DNA of 64,000 bases from a virus (IMGVR_UViG_3300002835_007523:1-64000); one strand, 5' to 3'. Counted from the first letter of the stretch, positions 28,931-38,992 are shown. The notes: generated by a model not told the origin, from the letters alone. Program-made: numbers and translations.

Positions 28931-29200
28931 ATGGCGTTTACAGTAGAAGTAGATAAGAAAGTAGCCACTATTCTTCGAGATGGTGGAGTGTTTCTTACTC
29001 AATCTTTTGATCCTCGTGAAGAGGGCAACACTCCGTTTGACTCAAATGCAGACGCTCAAGCATGGGCAGAAGCATTTGTTGCTCAAACAGAGGTTGAAGA
29101 AGCTGCAAAGGCTGCTGAAGAAGCGGAAAAGAAAGCCGCTTTTGAAGCAGAAGAAGCAGCTCTAAAGGCCGCTATTGAGGCACCTGCAGAAGAAGAATAA
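28931..29200 (+). CDS. small acidic protein, possible fibre chaperone
   Basis: Q.FDP...PF...AQAWAE motif; follows the large fibre gene. Confidence 0.6.
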   Translation: MAFTVEVDKKVATILRDGGVFLTQSFDPREEGNTPFDSNADAQAWAEAFVAQTEVEEAAKAAEEAEKKAAFEAEEAALKAAIEAPAEEE

Positions 29201-29215
29201 TTAAATAGCTTGTAG

Positions 29216-29250
29216 AATAGGCGGGTCTATATGGCCCGCCTATTTTATTT
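29216..29250 (+). terminator. intrinsic terminator
   Basis: AATAGGCGGGTC/GGCCCGCCTATT followed by a T-rich tail. Confidence 0.8.
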
Positions 29251-29261
29251 GGAGTAACTAT

Positions 29262-29945
29262 ATGAAAGTACTAATATCTACTCAATCGCCAAATCCCCAG
29301 ATATCTGCTTTTTTTGCAAAAAGCCTTGCTGAAACCTACGCTCTGGGAGAAAAAGAAGGTATTGAATTTAGATTTATGTGGTCTCCGGATGAGTTTAGTT
29401 TTCGAAACGAAGCGGCAGAAATTGTAATAGAAAAAAACTATGACGCCCTAATATTTATAAAGCCACATATTCAATGGGTAGCTACAGATTTAGTAGGGAT
29501 AATTAAGGGCGAATCTTTAATTGAGGGCGTACCAACAAAACAATACTTTGCTCCAGAACAATTTTATAAAGCAGTATTAAATGACTCCCCTAATCAGGAT
29601 TCAGATAGTCCTATAACTGCAAAGCTTATGGATCTAGATATGGTAGTAATTAAGAAAGAAGTATTTGATCGCATAAATGACTTTGTAATCAAGGCTAACT
29701 ATCCAAAAGAAGACGGAATAATTGAACAAATACCTATTTATTTTTATTCGTCCACGGATGAAAATGGCCCTATGAGTCAAGACATTAACTTTTGTAAGGC
29801 TGCAGAAAAAGCAGAGATACCAATAGTTATAAATAAAGACATGGCTATATTTGAGCATGTATGGGTTCCATATAAAACATACATAGGCAACGATATTAGA
29901 AAAGACTTTATCAATAAGGGGTTTGAAGAAGTTGAGCAACTTTAA
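29262..29945 (+). CDS. GT-A glycosyltransferase-like protein with degenerate motifs
   Basis: RN....YDALIFI(KPH)I.W, VVIKKEVFD and SQDINFC follow the GT-A pattern but lack DxD. Confidence 0.55.
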   Translation: MKVLISTQSPNPQISAFFAKSLAETYALGEKEGIEFRFMWSPDEFSFRNEAAEIVIEKNYDALIFIKPHIQWVATDLVGIIKGESLIEGVPTKQYFAPEQFYKAVLNDSPNQDSDSPITAKLMDLDMVVIKKEVFDRINDFVIKANYPKEDGIIEQIPIYFYSSTDENGPMSQDINFCKAAEKAEIPIVINKDMAIFEHVWVPYKTYIGNDIRKDFINKGFEEVEQL

Positions 29946-30462
29946 AAGTCAAGCCGGACAAGATCTATTTGCACTGTCTAAAAATGACTATAAAGTTGGT
30001 GGAACTTTTTTAGAGATAGGCGCCTATGACTCGGAAAGCATATCTAATACATATGTTTTGGAGGTAGAGTATGGCTGGACGGGGTTAGCTATAGAGATAA
30101 TTCCAGAAAGAGCAGAGCAGTACATCAGTAAACGGTCCTCCCCATGCATAGTAGCCGACGCAACAAAACTAGACTATAAAAAGCTTTTAATGGGGCACGA
30201 ATTGCCCCAGACCATAGATTATTTATCTCTAGATATAGAGCCTGCTACACAGACCCTAGAAGCTTTAGAAAAAATATTAGAATCTGGCTATGAATTTAAA
30301 ACAATAACTTTTGAGCATGACTTGTACGTAAGCAAAGACAACCTTATTATAAAAAATAAACAAAAAGAGATTCTTTTAGATAAAGGATATGTCTTGTATA
30401 AAGAAAACGTGTGCTCTCAAAATAACCCTAGGTTTCCTTTTGAAGATTGGTGGGTAAAATGA
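29923..30462 (+). CDS. FkbM-family SAM methyltransferase
   Basis: SQAGQD, FLEIGAYD..SNT, WTGLAIE and IDYLSLDIE motifs. Confidence 0.85.
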   Translation: MKKLSNFKSQAGQDLFALSKNDYKVGGTFLEIGAYDSESISNTYVLEVEYGWTGLAIEIIPERAEQYISKRSSPCIVADATKLDYKKLLMGHELPQTIDYLSLDIEPATQTLEALEKILESGYEFKTITFEHDLYVSKDNLIIKNKQKEILLDKGYVLYKENVCSQNNPRFPFEDWWVK

Positions 30463-31472
30463 TTTACATATCCCTTGCAGCATACAGAGACCCATTGCTT
30501 CAATCCACTATAGACCACGCATTTAAAATGGCAGAAAGACCAGAGGAGATCAGGGTTGGATGCTATATAACTGTTCTTCCAAATACTTCGGGGGAAGAGG
30601 ATAAGTATGGGATAAAAAATAACCATGGTGGAAAAGTAATGTCTACAATAGACTTTGCTGGAGAATGGTTTAGTGTATGTAAGGCTAGGAACTTAGCTAA
30701 TCAGTGGCTTACTGAGGAGTACGATTATGTACTACAGATTGATTCTCACACAAGATTTGAGCCTAATTGGGATACTTGGTTAACAGAGCAACATAAGAAA
30801 ATAGATTATCCAAAAGCAATAATTGCTGGTTATCCAAAACCTTGGTGGCCAAAGGGTAGCCCTGAACAATCGTATAACTTAGAGGATGGATCCTACGGAA
30901 TGAAGGATCACTATAATGATACGCTTTTTGAGCAGACTAGCTTTAATGTATTTGGATCTAGAGGAGAGTTTTTAAACGGATATGAATTAAAGCCGGTACA
31001 TTACTACGTTAAAAAACAAGTAAAAGAAGGTCTGGATAGGGGCTGGTACACGTCTGGTTGCTTCTTTTTTGCTCCAGCAAAATATGCTATAGACCTTCCA
31101 CAGCCCGAATGGATTGTTTTTTGGGGTGAAGAAGTCTATAACAGTATGCGTGCATTCACTCATGGGTGGAACGTATACATACCTATAAAAGTACCCATAC
31201 ATCATTTATTTCCAGGATACGAAGTTATTCAAAAATCTAATGTTCCTAAATTAGCTATGAATAAGCCAAGTCAAGATTTTCCAGAAGAATGGAAAAAAGA
31301 AAAAATGGCTGGAACAGATCGATGTATAGACGCCATTGCTGCTGGAACTATTGGGCCTGAGCATTTTGGTACTGAACGGCCTATTTCTGAGCTCTATGAA
31401 TACCTAGGATATGACCTATCTGAGATGTTTCCTAAGTGGCGAGAAGAATATTGGCAAAGACACGGTAAATAA
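30459..31472 (+). CDS. GlcNAc-transferase (GT60/Skp1-GlcNAcT-like)
   Basis: IYISLAAYRDP, ARN, YVLQIDSHTRFEPNWD and FWGEE...RAFTHGW motifs. Confidence 0.85.
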   Translation: MIYISLAAYRDPLLQSTIDHAFKMAERPEEIRVGCYITVLPNTSGEEDKYGIKNNHGGKVMSTIDFAGEWFSVCKARNLANQWLTEEYDYVLQIDSHTRFEPNWDTWLTEQHKKIDYPKAIIAGYPKPWWPKGSPEQSYNLEDGSYGMKDHYNDTLFEQTSFNVFGSRGEFLNGYELKPVHYYVKKQVKEGLDRGWYTSGCFFFAPAKYAIDLPQPEWIVFWGEEVYNSMRAFTHGWNVYIPIKVPIHHLFPGYEVIQKSNVPKLAMNKPSQDFPEEWKKEKMAGTDRCIDAIAAGTIGPEHFGTERPISELYEYLGYDLSEMFPKWREEYWQRHGK

Positions 31473-31493
31473 AGCGCCTTATACTGTCATACT

Positions 31494-31859
31494 ATGCCTA
31501 TAGATTTTCCAGATACCCCCACGCTCAATCAACAGTTCACTGTTGGTGAGACTACTTGGTATTGGAATGGATCAGTTTGGCGCCTTTTAGTATCTGAAGG
31601 TGTGCAAGGAGATTTAGGACCTACAGGACCTATTGGACCAACAGGTCCTACCGGTCCCGGCATAACCGGTCCTACGGGCCCTACAGGGCCTGGAATAACC
31701 GGCCCAACAGGACCTACTGGACCAGTGTCTACAACTCCTGGACCTCTAGGGCCTACTGGACCTACTGGACCAGAAAACGACAACGTAGATGGTGGCGTTC
31801 CAAACTCGGTATACGGCGGCGGCATTACTCTCAACGGCGGAAATGTGCAAGGAGTTTAA
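31494..31859 (+). CDS. short collagen-like protein
   Basis: IDFP.TP...W.WNG..W head, GPT repeats, DGG tail. Confidence 0.8.
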   Translation: MPIDFPDTPTLNQQFTVGETTWYWNGSVWRLLVSEGVQGDLGPTGPIGPTGPTGPGITGPTGPTGPGITGPTGPTGPVSTTPGPLGPTGPTGPENDNVDGGVPNSVYGGGITLNGGNVQGV

Positions 31860-33593
31860 ATGGCAGTAAAGATTCAGTTTAGACGAGGCACTGCTTCTGA
31901 ATGGAACTTGGCAAACCCAATTCTTTCTCAAGGTGAAGCAGGATTTGAAACAGACACTGGACGTTTCAAAGTAGGTAACGGTTTAACTCCTTGGAACTCA
32001 TTAGTTTATTCCTCAGGTGTTACTGGACCAACAGGACCTACACCTACAGTTACAGTTGGTACAACTACAACTTTAAATCCTGGAGTAAACGCCTCGGTTG
32101 CAAATAGCGGAACAGCAACTGCCGCAGTTTTAAATTTTGGTATTCCTCAGGGAGCTACAGGCCCACAAGGAATACAAGGACCCACTGGTCCTACAGGTCC
32201 AACTGGAGCTCAAGGCATTACTGGTCCAACCGGTGCTGCATCACAAGTTACTGGACCAACAGGACCAACGGGCCCAACGGGTGCACAAGGAGTTACGGGC
32301 CCTACAGGCGCAGCTTCTCAAGTAACCGGACCTACAGGCCCAACCGGTGCCACAGGACCTCAAGGCGTCCCAATTACTCTTAAAGGATCTAAAGCAACTG
32401 TTGGTGATTTGCCGTCAACAGGTAACGCTTTAAATGACGCTTGGATCGTGGATGCTGACGGAGATGTCTACGTTTGGGATGGAACACAGTGGTATAGCGC
32501 AGGACAGATTGTTGGCGCAACCGGCCCAACTGGACCAGATGGCGCAGATGGCGCAGATGGCGCAGACGGTGCTCAAGGTCCTACCGGTCCACAGGGAGAT
32601 TTAGGCCCTACCGGTCCATCTGGAGTTATTTCAGTAACTGGTCCAGTAACAAATACTGGAACCCCTACAGCTGCAGTACTCGGTCTAGATCAATCGCTAC
32701 TATCTATATCTAACACACAAGTAACTGGTCTTGGAACCGCTTCCACAAAAAACATACCTGTTACAGGAAATGCTTCAAATACTGAGGTTGTATACGGAAC
32801 CGATACTCGCCTATCAGACACCCGCACCCCTACTGACGGCACCGTAACAACAGCAAAGATTGTTGATTCTAATGTTACTGAGGACAAATTAGCAACAAAT
32901 TCAGTTACTACTAGTAAGATTGTAGATCTAAACGTAACAACTGCCAAGTTAGCTGATCTTAATGTCACTACTGGTAAGATTGCTGATCTAAATGTCACCA
33001 CTGCAAAGCTTGCAGATGCAAGCGTTACTTTGGCAAAGCTTAACTCAAATGCCTTTACAAATCTTGCAGGAAACCTAAATCAAAGCCTATCTATAGTAGA
33101 TGTTGCCCCAAGATACGGAAACACTACGGGAACAATGTCTAGCGGAACTGTTTACTTCTCAATGTTTACCCCAATGTGGACAGCCACTATAAGCTCAATA
33201 AGTGTGGTTTCCGGAACAACTCAGGCAACTGGAGCAACGCTAGTACGTTTTGGTTTATATACGGTTGTAAATGACACAGCAACACTTGTAGCCCAAACAG
33301 CTTCAGATACAACAATCTTTAGTTCAACTAACACGCTGTATAACAGGGTGTTTAGTACAGTTGGCGGTCTTCCAGCAACCTATACGCTTCAAGCAGGAAC
33401 TCGATACGCTATTGGAATCATTATAGTAGCAACTACGCCTGGAAACGTGTACACAGCTTTTGGTCCAAACCCATCTGCAATCAGTACACTATCACCAAGA
33501 ATTACTGGAGCAGTGGCTCTGCAGTCAGACCTACCGGCATCAGTAGCATCGTTTGCATCAACTACCGTTGGACCTTGGGGAAGACTATCATGA
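31860..33593 (+). CDS. collagen-containing fibre protein with Mtd-like N-terminal domain
   Basis: [12 protein letters not shown]...[19 protein letters not shown]; GPT repeats; VTTAKLAD repeats. Confidence 0.85.
   Translation: MAVKIQFRRGTASEWNLANPILSQGEAGFETDTGRFKVGNGLTPWNSLVYSSGVTGPTGPTPTVTVGTTTTLNPGVNASVANSGTATAAVLNFGIPQGATGPQGIQGPTGPTGPTGAQGITGPTGAASQVTGPTGPTGPTGAQGVTGPTGAASQVTGPTGPTGATGPQGVPITLKGSKATVGDLPSTGNALNDAWIVDADGDVYVWDGTQWYSAGQIVGATGPTGPDGADGADGADGAQGPTGPQGDLGPTGPSGVISVTGPVTNTGTPTAAVLGLDQSLLSISNTQVTGLGTASTKNIPVTGNASNTEVVYGTDTRLSDTRTPTDGTVTTAKIVDSNVTEDKLATNSVTTSKIVDLNVTTAKLADLNVTTGKIADLNVTTAKLADASVTLAKLNSNAFTNLAGNLNQSLSIVDVAPRYGNTTGTMSSGTVYFSMFTPMWTATISSISVVSGTTQATGATLVRFGLYTVVNDTATLVAQTASDTTIFSSTNTLYNRVFSTVGGLPATYTLQAGTRYAIGIIIVATTPGNVYTAFGPNPSAISTLSPRITGAVALQSDLPASVASFASTTVGPWGRLS
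32843..33040 (+). repeat. 30-bp/10-aa coding repeats (VTTAKxxDxN)
   Basis: [60 protein letters not shown]. Confidence 0.8.
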
Positions 33594-33703
33594 CAACTAA
33601 AGTAAGCTTAGGAATAGACCCTGCCACAGGCGCAGAAAAAATCGAGGTACGAGACGACGAGGGAACAGTAATAGGTTACGACCTAGTATTCCCTGAAGAA
33701 TAA
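33590..33703 (+). CDS. 37-aa protein after the fibre gene (not in track)
   Basis: [37 protein letters not shown]; ATGA overlap. Confidence 0.6.
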   Translation: MTTKVSLGIDPATGAEKIEVRDDEGTVIGYDLVFPEE

Positions 33704-33720
33704 CGGCCATCGGAGGGCCA

Positions 33721-34794
33721 ATGAAAATAGCTGTATACACGATTGCATTAAACGAAGAGCAGTTTGTAGAAAAATGGTATCAGTCAGCAAAAGAAGCTGA
33801 CTATCTACTAATTGCAGATACTGGTTCTACTGACCTAACTAAAAAATATGCCAGGAACTACGGCATAAATGTCATTGACATCTCTGTAAAACCTTGGCGT
33901 TTTGATGATGCTCGTAACGCTGCCCTTGCAGCTTTACCCAACGACATTGATATATGTATAGCCTTGGATATGGACGAAGTTCTAGTGCCTGGATGGCGTT
34001 GGCACCTAGACCGAATGTCAAAAGATACTACCCGTCCAAGATACAAGTACACGTGGAATTGGAATGAAGACGGAACTCCAGGCCTTCAGTACGGTGGAGA
34101 TAAGATACATGCTCGTCACGGCTATCGGTGGAAACACCCAGTTCATGAAGTATTAACTACCGACCGTATAGATGAGATTCAAACCTGGATAGGTTTAGAG
34201 ATTCACCACCATGCAGACAACTCAAAGCCTAGATCTCAATATATGCCCCTTCTTGCACAGTCTGTAAAAGAAGACCCATATGACGATAGAAATGCCTTTT
34301 ACTACGCTAGAGAATTATTCTTCTATGGACAATTTGATGCGGCCATTGAAGAATTTAAACGTCACCTATCTTTACCAAAAGCGGTATGGAGACCAGAACG
34401 AGCAGCATCTATGAGGTATATATCTAAACTTATGAAAGAATTTACAGAAAAAGAAGCTTGGCTTAAGAAGGCAGTTAATGAGGCTCCCGATAGAAGAGAG
34501 CCCTATGTAGAACTAGCAAAGCTGTACTATGAAAATAACCGTTGGTTTGACTGTCTAGATGCCGCAGAAAACGCACTTGAAATTACTGAAAAGCCCCTAG
34601 AGTATTTATGTGAGGAGTTTGCCTGGGGTTCTGCGCCCTGGGACTATGCGGCTATAGCGGCCCATAACCTAGGTTTATCGGATAAAGCCATTCAATACGG
34701 CACTAAGGCCGTAGAATTAAACCCGAATGATCAACGCCTAATAACAAACTTGGCTTTCTACACTAAGGAGCACCCTCTTGGCGACAATATATAA
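33721..34794 (+). CDS. GT2 glycosyltransferase with C-terminal TPR repeats
   Basis: IALNEE, DTGSTD, FDDARN, LDMDE, HPVHE; helical TPR C-terminus. Confidence 0.9.
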   Translation: MKIAVYTIALNEEQFVEKWYQSAKEADYLLIADTGSTDLTKKYARNYGINVIDISVKPWRFDDARNAALAALPNDIDICIALDMDEVLVPGWRWHLDRMSKDTTRPRYKYTWNWNEDGTPGLQYGGDKIHARHGYRWKHPVHEVLTTDRIDEIQTWIGLEIHHHADNSKPRSQYMPLLAQSVKEDPYDDRNAFYYARELFFYGQFDAAIEEFKRHLSLPKAVWRPERAASMRYISKLMKEFTEKEAWLKKAVNEAPDRREPYVELAKLYYENNRWFDCLDAAENALEITEKPLEYLCEEFAWGSAPWDYAAIAAHNLGLSDKAIQYGTKAVELNPNDQRLITNLAFYTKEHPLGDNI

Positions 34795-35110
34795 AGTCCT
34801 GGGTCAGCTGGCTGCAGCTGCATCTAATGCTGGAGAAACCCTATATGCAGTTCCTTCTGGATCCTCAGCCGTAGTATCTAGCATCACAGTCTGTAATCGC
34901 GGCACAGCCGCAGCAACCTATAGAATTGCTATACGAAAAGCTGCTGCCCCATTAGCTAATAACCAGTATCTTGTTTACGACACAAACATTCCTGGTAATA
35001 CTACGACTAGCTACACCCTTGGAGTTACTCTTGCCAGCACAGATGTAATAACAGTTGCTAGCGCATCTACAGCTAACCTAACCTTTCAAGCTTTCGGCTC
35101 TGAGATTTAG
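34778..35110 (+). CDS. small beta-rich fibre adaptor protein
   Basis: ATIYKVLGQ...LYAVPS...FQAFGSEI; AAGGAG SD and TTG start. Confidence 0.75.
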   Translation: MATIYKVLGQLAAAASNAGETLYAVPSGSSAVVSSITVCNRGTAAATYRIAIRKAAAPLANNQYLVYDTNIPGNTTTSYTLGVTLASTDVITVASASTANLTFQAFGSEI

Positions 35111-35118
35111 GGGCTACT

Positions 35119-35688
35119 GTGGCTATAACTAATAATGGCCAGCCTCAAGGCCCAATACAATTTACAGACGCTGCCTCCGGAGCACGAGTATTTATTGGAG
35201 GCACAACTCCAACAACTCCTGCCCCAGGAGATATCTGGATAGATTCTGATGTACAGAATAATGCTGGAAAAAACACTATATCTGAAACCACATTATCAAC
35301 AGCCTCTGTGTCTCTTACAGTCCCAAACTCTTATAAAGACGTATGCCTAGTACTAAAAAACGTACAGCTATCTACAAACGGAGACATACTTGTCAGATTA
35401 AATGCTGACTCTACCGGAGCCAACTATCTTGGCGGATCAGCTCTACACACAATTAGTTCTGTAAAAGCTGGCGGTAACAACCTTATAGTAATAACCATAC
35501 AGGAGAGCCAGGCACTTACTCCTAAATTTTCAAGAATAGAGGGAGTATACGTAAACTCCTCTAATGCTTTAGCCTCTGTAACTGCTGCAGGTGGGTATAG
35601 TCAAACTACCGCATTAACAACAATTAATTTAGCAACCTCAACCGGCACCTTTGCTGGCGGAACTGCAACCGTATATGGAGTTAACTAA
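35119..35688 (+). CDS. fibre-associated structural protein
   Basis: P.PGDIWID motif; C-terminal GTATVYGV. Confidence 0.7.
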   Translation: MAITNNGQPQGPIQFTDAASGARVFIGGTTPTTPAPGDIWIDSDVQNNAGKNTISETTLSTASVSLTVPNSYKDVCLVLKNVQLSTNGDILVRLNADSTGANYLGGSALHTISSVKAGGNNLIVITIQESQALTPKFSRIEGVYVNSSNALASVTAAGGYSQTTALTTINLATSTGTFAGGTATVYGVN

Positions 35689-35924
35689 TGGCAATTAAAA
35701 GATGGAATGGAACAACTAGCTCCTGGGAAGCATTTGGAAGTCCCCAGGTAAACATTGCTGCTTTAGGTATAACCGCAGAATCTATTGGCGCAGTATCAAA
35801 AACTAATGGATCTATGACCTCTTCAAGCACTAGCTTGACCGCAGTTAGAAATATGACGGTATCCACAAGTGCTCCAACATCTGGTCAAGGATCTGATGGA
35901 GACGTCTGGCTGCAGTACGTATAG
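35688..35924 (+). CDS. small fibre-associated protein
   Basis: STSAPTSGQGSDGDVWLQY motif. Confidence 0.7.
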   Translation: MAIKRWNGTTSSWEAFGSPQVNIAALGITAESIGAVSKTNGSMTSSSTSLTAVRNMTVSTSAPTSGQGSDGDVWLQYV

Positions 35925-35933
35925 GACTAACAA

Positions 35934-37601
35934 ATGCCAGGTTCTATTAAAAATGGCGGTATCTGGAGATCCGCAACCGGTCTATACATAAAAGTAGGCG
36001 GTACTTGGCGTACCGTCACTTCAGCGTATGTAAAGGTTGGCGGACAATGGAAGCAGTGGTTTGCTTCTAAAATTCAAGACGCATTTAATAGGACATCAAC
36101 CGCTGCTGGTTTAGGCACTGCAGATAGCGGACAGGCTTGGAATGCTACTTCAGGAAACTGGCGCATTAACGGCTCTAATCAAGCACAGAGCGATGATTCA
36201 GCAAGCAATTATCCAATAGTCTCTGCAAATCTTGGAAACACCGACGTAAAAGTTCAAGCGGATGTATCAGGTGGAGTTGGTCCAGCATTTTGGGTAAGCA
36301 GCGCCGGATCATGGTGGGCTGCAGTCCCTCGTTACACTACCGTTACAACAAACTCTACATCTATAGTATGTGATCAAAACTTGGCATCATGTAACGGATC
36401 TGGATGTAGTCCTTCAGGAAGTTGTTGCTCAGGAGTATCTGAAAGCTCCTCCAGCAACTGCAATGGTGGGTACGTACAATGTTCAAACTCTTCATGCAGC
36501 GACTATCCAAATAGATGTGCAGGACCTTTTAGCAGCACAAGCGGTGGCGGACAAACCTGTAATGCTGGTTGCAGTTCAAATCAAAGCGGATGTCCTGCTG
36601 GAAGTTGTTCGTGTTCTTCCTCTACTTCTGGTGGAACCCAATCCTGTACTGGTGGAAAAACAGACGTATTTCAAGGCTCTAACTGCTCTAGTCTTGGTGG
36701 AAACTGTGGTTCTGGGCCGTTTACTGAAACGGTAAATAGCAGCTATTGCGGTGGAAACGCTTGCTATGGAAGCGACTTTATGACTGCTCTTACAGCACCA
36801 GGTTGCGGTCTTCCTGTCGATAACGGAAGTTACCAATGTTCTGGTGGACAAGTATACGGATCATTTAATGGACAGCCATTTGGATGCTATACATATAGCT
36901 CTGGTGGAACTCAATATCAAGTAAATGATGGAGGAACCTGTTCAACTTTAGGGTCTGGTTGGTCACAAGTAGGGTGTTCAAACTGCGCTGGTATGGGCCC
37001 TTGCGGTACTGGAGGATTTGTTTGCTGCTCTAAAAGTGGAACAGCCGGGTATACCTACGTTGGCCCAGGAACATATGTAACTAACTACTGTAAGGGAACT
37101 GGAGAAGTCCCATTTAGTTATACAAACTACTATTGTTATACTGCTCTTGTCGGCAGCCCATCAGTTACTACCTATAACTACTGTACGGGATATACTCAGA
37201 ACCCAGTAGTAACCACGTACTATGCATATACTTCTTCTACAACAACAATTACTCGCTCATGCTATACGGGTACTAGAACTATTTCAAATCCAATTACTAA
37301 TTATAAGACTGAGTTAGTGCTACTAAGCTCTGTCTCTGGCTCTGTAGTTAGCTCAGCATCATCTACAATCTCTGATAATACCTCTGGGTTTACAACTGTA
37401 GGGTCAGTGTACGTACAGACTGGAGGAAATGCCATATCTGCATATGCGTATTCCTCAGCAAACCTTGGTGGAAGCCAACTTGGCGCCACCCTTACCCACA
37501 CAGCCTCAAACCCTACTAAGGGAACTTCTGTTGGTATAATTAAGACGCCATCTACGGGAAGTCAAGGCTCTACAGCCGATAACTTCTTAGCCACTATATA
37601 G
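35934..37601 (+). CDS. Cys-rich putative fibre tip or receptor-binding protein
   Basis: KVGGTW repeats, DAFNR-type beta-sandwich halves flanking an insert with 32 Cys. Confidence 0.8.
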   Translation: MPGSIKNGGIWRSATGLYIKVGGTWRTVTSAYVKVGGQWKQWFASKIQDAFNRTSTAAGLGTADSGQAWNATSGNWRINGSNQAQSDDSASNYPIVSANLGNTDVKVQADVSGGVGPAFWVSSAGSWWAAVPRYTTVTTNSTSIVCDQNLASCNGSGCSPSGSCCSGVSESSSSNCNGGYVQCSNSSCSDYPNRCAGPFSSTSGGGQTCNAGCSSNQSGCPAGSCSCSSSTSGGTQSCTGGKTDVFQGSNCSSLGGNCGSGPFTETVNSSYCGGNACYGSDFMTALTAPGCGLPVDNGSYQCSGGQVYGSFNGQPFGCYTYSSGGTQYQVNDGGTCSTLGSGWSQVGCSNCAGMGPCGTGGFVCCSKSGTAGYTYVGPGTYVTNYCKGTGEVPFSYTNYYCYTALVGSPSVTTYNYCTGYTQNPVVTTYYAYTSSTTTITRSCYTGTRTISNPITNYKTELVLLSSVSGSVVSSASSTISDNTSGFTTVGSVYVQTGGNAISAYAYSSANLGGSQLGATLTHTASNPTKGTSVGIIKTPSTGSQGSTADNFLATI

Positions 37602-37609
37602 GAGCACAA

Positions 37610-37849
37610 ATGAGCGATAGACCAGCACGTCCCTGGGATTTGTTTAATAAAAACATAGGCCGGGTAGAAAGCGACATAGCCGTAAAGAGACTAGAAATCT
37701 GCAAAGGCTGTGAAAAGTTTATAAAAGCAACAACCCAATGTAAGGAGTGCGGCTGCATAATGAAGCTAAAGACTAAGCTACCAAATGCATCCTGCCCCCT
37801 ACACAAGTGGGAAGCAGTATCCGACAAAATCTATAAGGAAGAAATCTAA
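37610..37849 (+). CDS. small Cys-motif protein (DUF6171-like)
   Basis: RLEICKGC...QCKECGCIM.LK.KL..ASCPLHKW. Confidence 0.8.
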   Translation: MSDRPARPWDLFNKNIGRVESDIAVKRLEICKGCEKFIKATTQCKECGCIMKLKTKLPNASCPLHKWEAVSDKIYKEEI

Positions 37850-38076
37850 TGGCAGAAACAGTAGATAAAGCAAACATACCGCCTATTAAGATAGCTTTTG
37901 TAATTGATGGAGAAGTTGTAGACGTTCTTCATACTGATTCAAGACTTGCCGCTATCTTTTTAAGTGAACCTAAAATTGTAGACGTTACCGACCTTTATGA
38001 AGCAGGATCACCTGTATTTGTAGGAGCTATCGATAACGAGGATGGAACCTTTACAAATCCTGAGAAGAAGGACTAA
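37849..38076 (+). CDS. hypothetical protein
   Basis: IAFVIDGEVVD...AIFLSEPKIVDVT; TAATG-coupled to the previous gene. Confidence 0.75.
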   Translation: MAETVDKANIPPIKIAFVIDGEVVDVLHTDSRLAAIFLSEPKIVDVTDLYEAGSPVFVGAIDNEDGTFTNPEKKD

Positions 38077-38081
38077 TTTAA

Positions 38082-38672
38082 ATGCGTGGTGAAAGAAGGT
38101 TGGGACGTTTTGATATTAACCACGAACGTGGCTCAATCATTTCTGGCACCACACGAGAAGTGGTTCGTACAGTCGGATACATTATTGAGTGGTGGCTATA
38201 TGATGAGGAAAACACTCTCATAGACCCAATTTATGATGTTGGATCTGACGGTGGCGGAAGAAGATGGCATGGACCACATCACATTCCAACAATTAATGCT
38301 GCCCTATATCAGGGTGCTGCCCCTCAAAATGACCGAGGTCTCTATAACGCCGATATTTTGCGTGTAACTCTCAACATGGACATCATTGAAGGTAACAAGC
38401 GTACAGGCGGAGAAGCTTTAGTTATCCCAGAACTACGCAGCATGCCTACTAACCCAGATGCTTATCTGCGAGATCGAATAGTCTTTAGAAATGAAGTTTT
38501 CTCTATAAAGCAGCTTTATCCAAAAGGTATTATTACTGATGACTATACCCTTTTTACTATAGACTGCGTTCAGGTAAACCCTGAAGAACTTATTAATGAT
38601 CCTCAGTTTCAACAATACTCAACATATAGTCCATTTGGTCCTAAGGATCAATATGACTGGGAAGGACCATAA
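38082..38672 (+). CDS. putative head-closure or neck protein
   Basis: DRIVFRNEVFSI motif; position before tail completion genes. Confidence 0.55.
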   Translation: MRGERRLGRFDINHERGSIISGTTREVVRTVGYIIEWWLYDEENTLIDPIYDVGSDGGGRRWHGPHHIPTINAALYQGAAPQNDRGLYNADILRVTLNMDIIEGNKRTGGEALVIPELRSMPTNPDAYLRDRIVFRNEVFSIKQLYPKGIITDDYTLFTIDCVQVNPEELINDPQFQQYSTYSPFGPKDQYDWEGP

Positions 38673-38673
38673 A

Positions 38674-38814
38674 ATGGCAAAAAACAATCCATGCTGGGAC
38701 GGCTATGTTCAGGTAGGATTTAAAAGTCAAGGTGGTAAAAAGGTCCCCAACTGTGTGCCGGAAGGTAAGGGAAAAGACAAGGTTCCGGCCCCTAAAAAGA
38801 AAAAAGGTAAATAA
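38674..38814 (+). CDS. 46-aa CW.GY...VPNCV motif peptide
   Basis: MAKNNPCWDGYVQVGFKSQGGKKVPNCVP; start moved from the track's 38596. Confidence 0.75.
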   Translation: MAKNNPCWDGYVQVGFKSQGGKKVPNCVPEGKGKDKVPAPKKKKGK

Positions 38815-38816
38815 AT

Positions 38817-38990
38817 ATGTGCGCTGTCTGTGGTTGTGGAAAGAAAAAGGGACAAGCCGGATACGGTAAGGGCAAGGCAGGAAAGAAAACCCTATCTCCA
38901 AAGCAAAAGAAGATTGCCGGTGCTGTAAACCCTAAAGGAAAGATTACAGGAGCCGACTTTAAGGCTCTCAAGAACAGAAAGGGTATGTAA
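38817..38990 (+). CDS. 57-aa MCxxCGC Lys-rich peptide (not in track)
   Basis: MCAVCGCGKKKG...LSPKQKKIA...ITGADFKALK. Confidence 0.7.
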   Translation: MCAVCGCGKKKGQAGYGKGKAGKKTLSPKQKKIAGAVNPKGKITGADFKALKNRKGM

Positions 38991-38992
38991 CT

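Noticed and set aside
31860-32020. Diversity-generating retroelement suggested by the Mtd-like N-terminus
   Set aside because: No reverse transcriptase and no template/variable repeat pair were seen in the window
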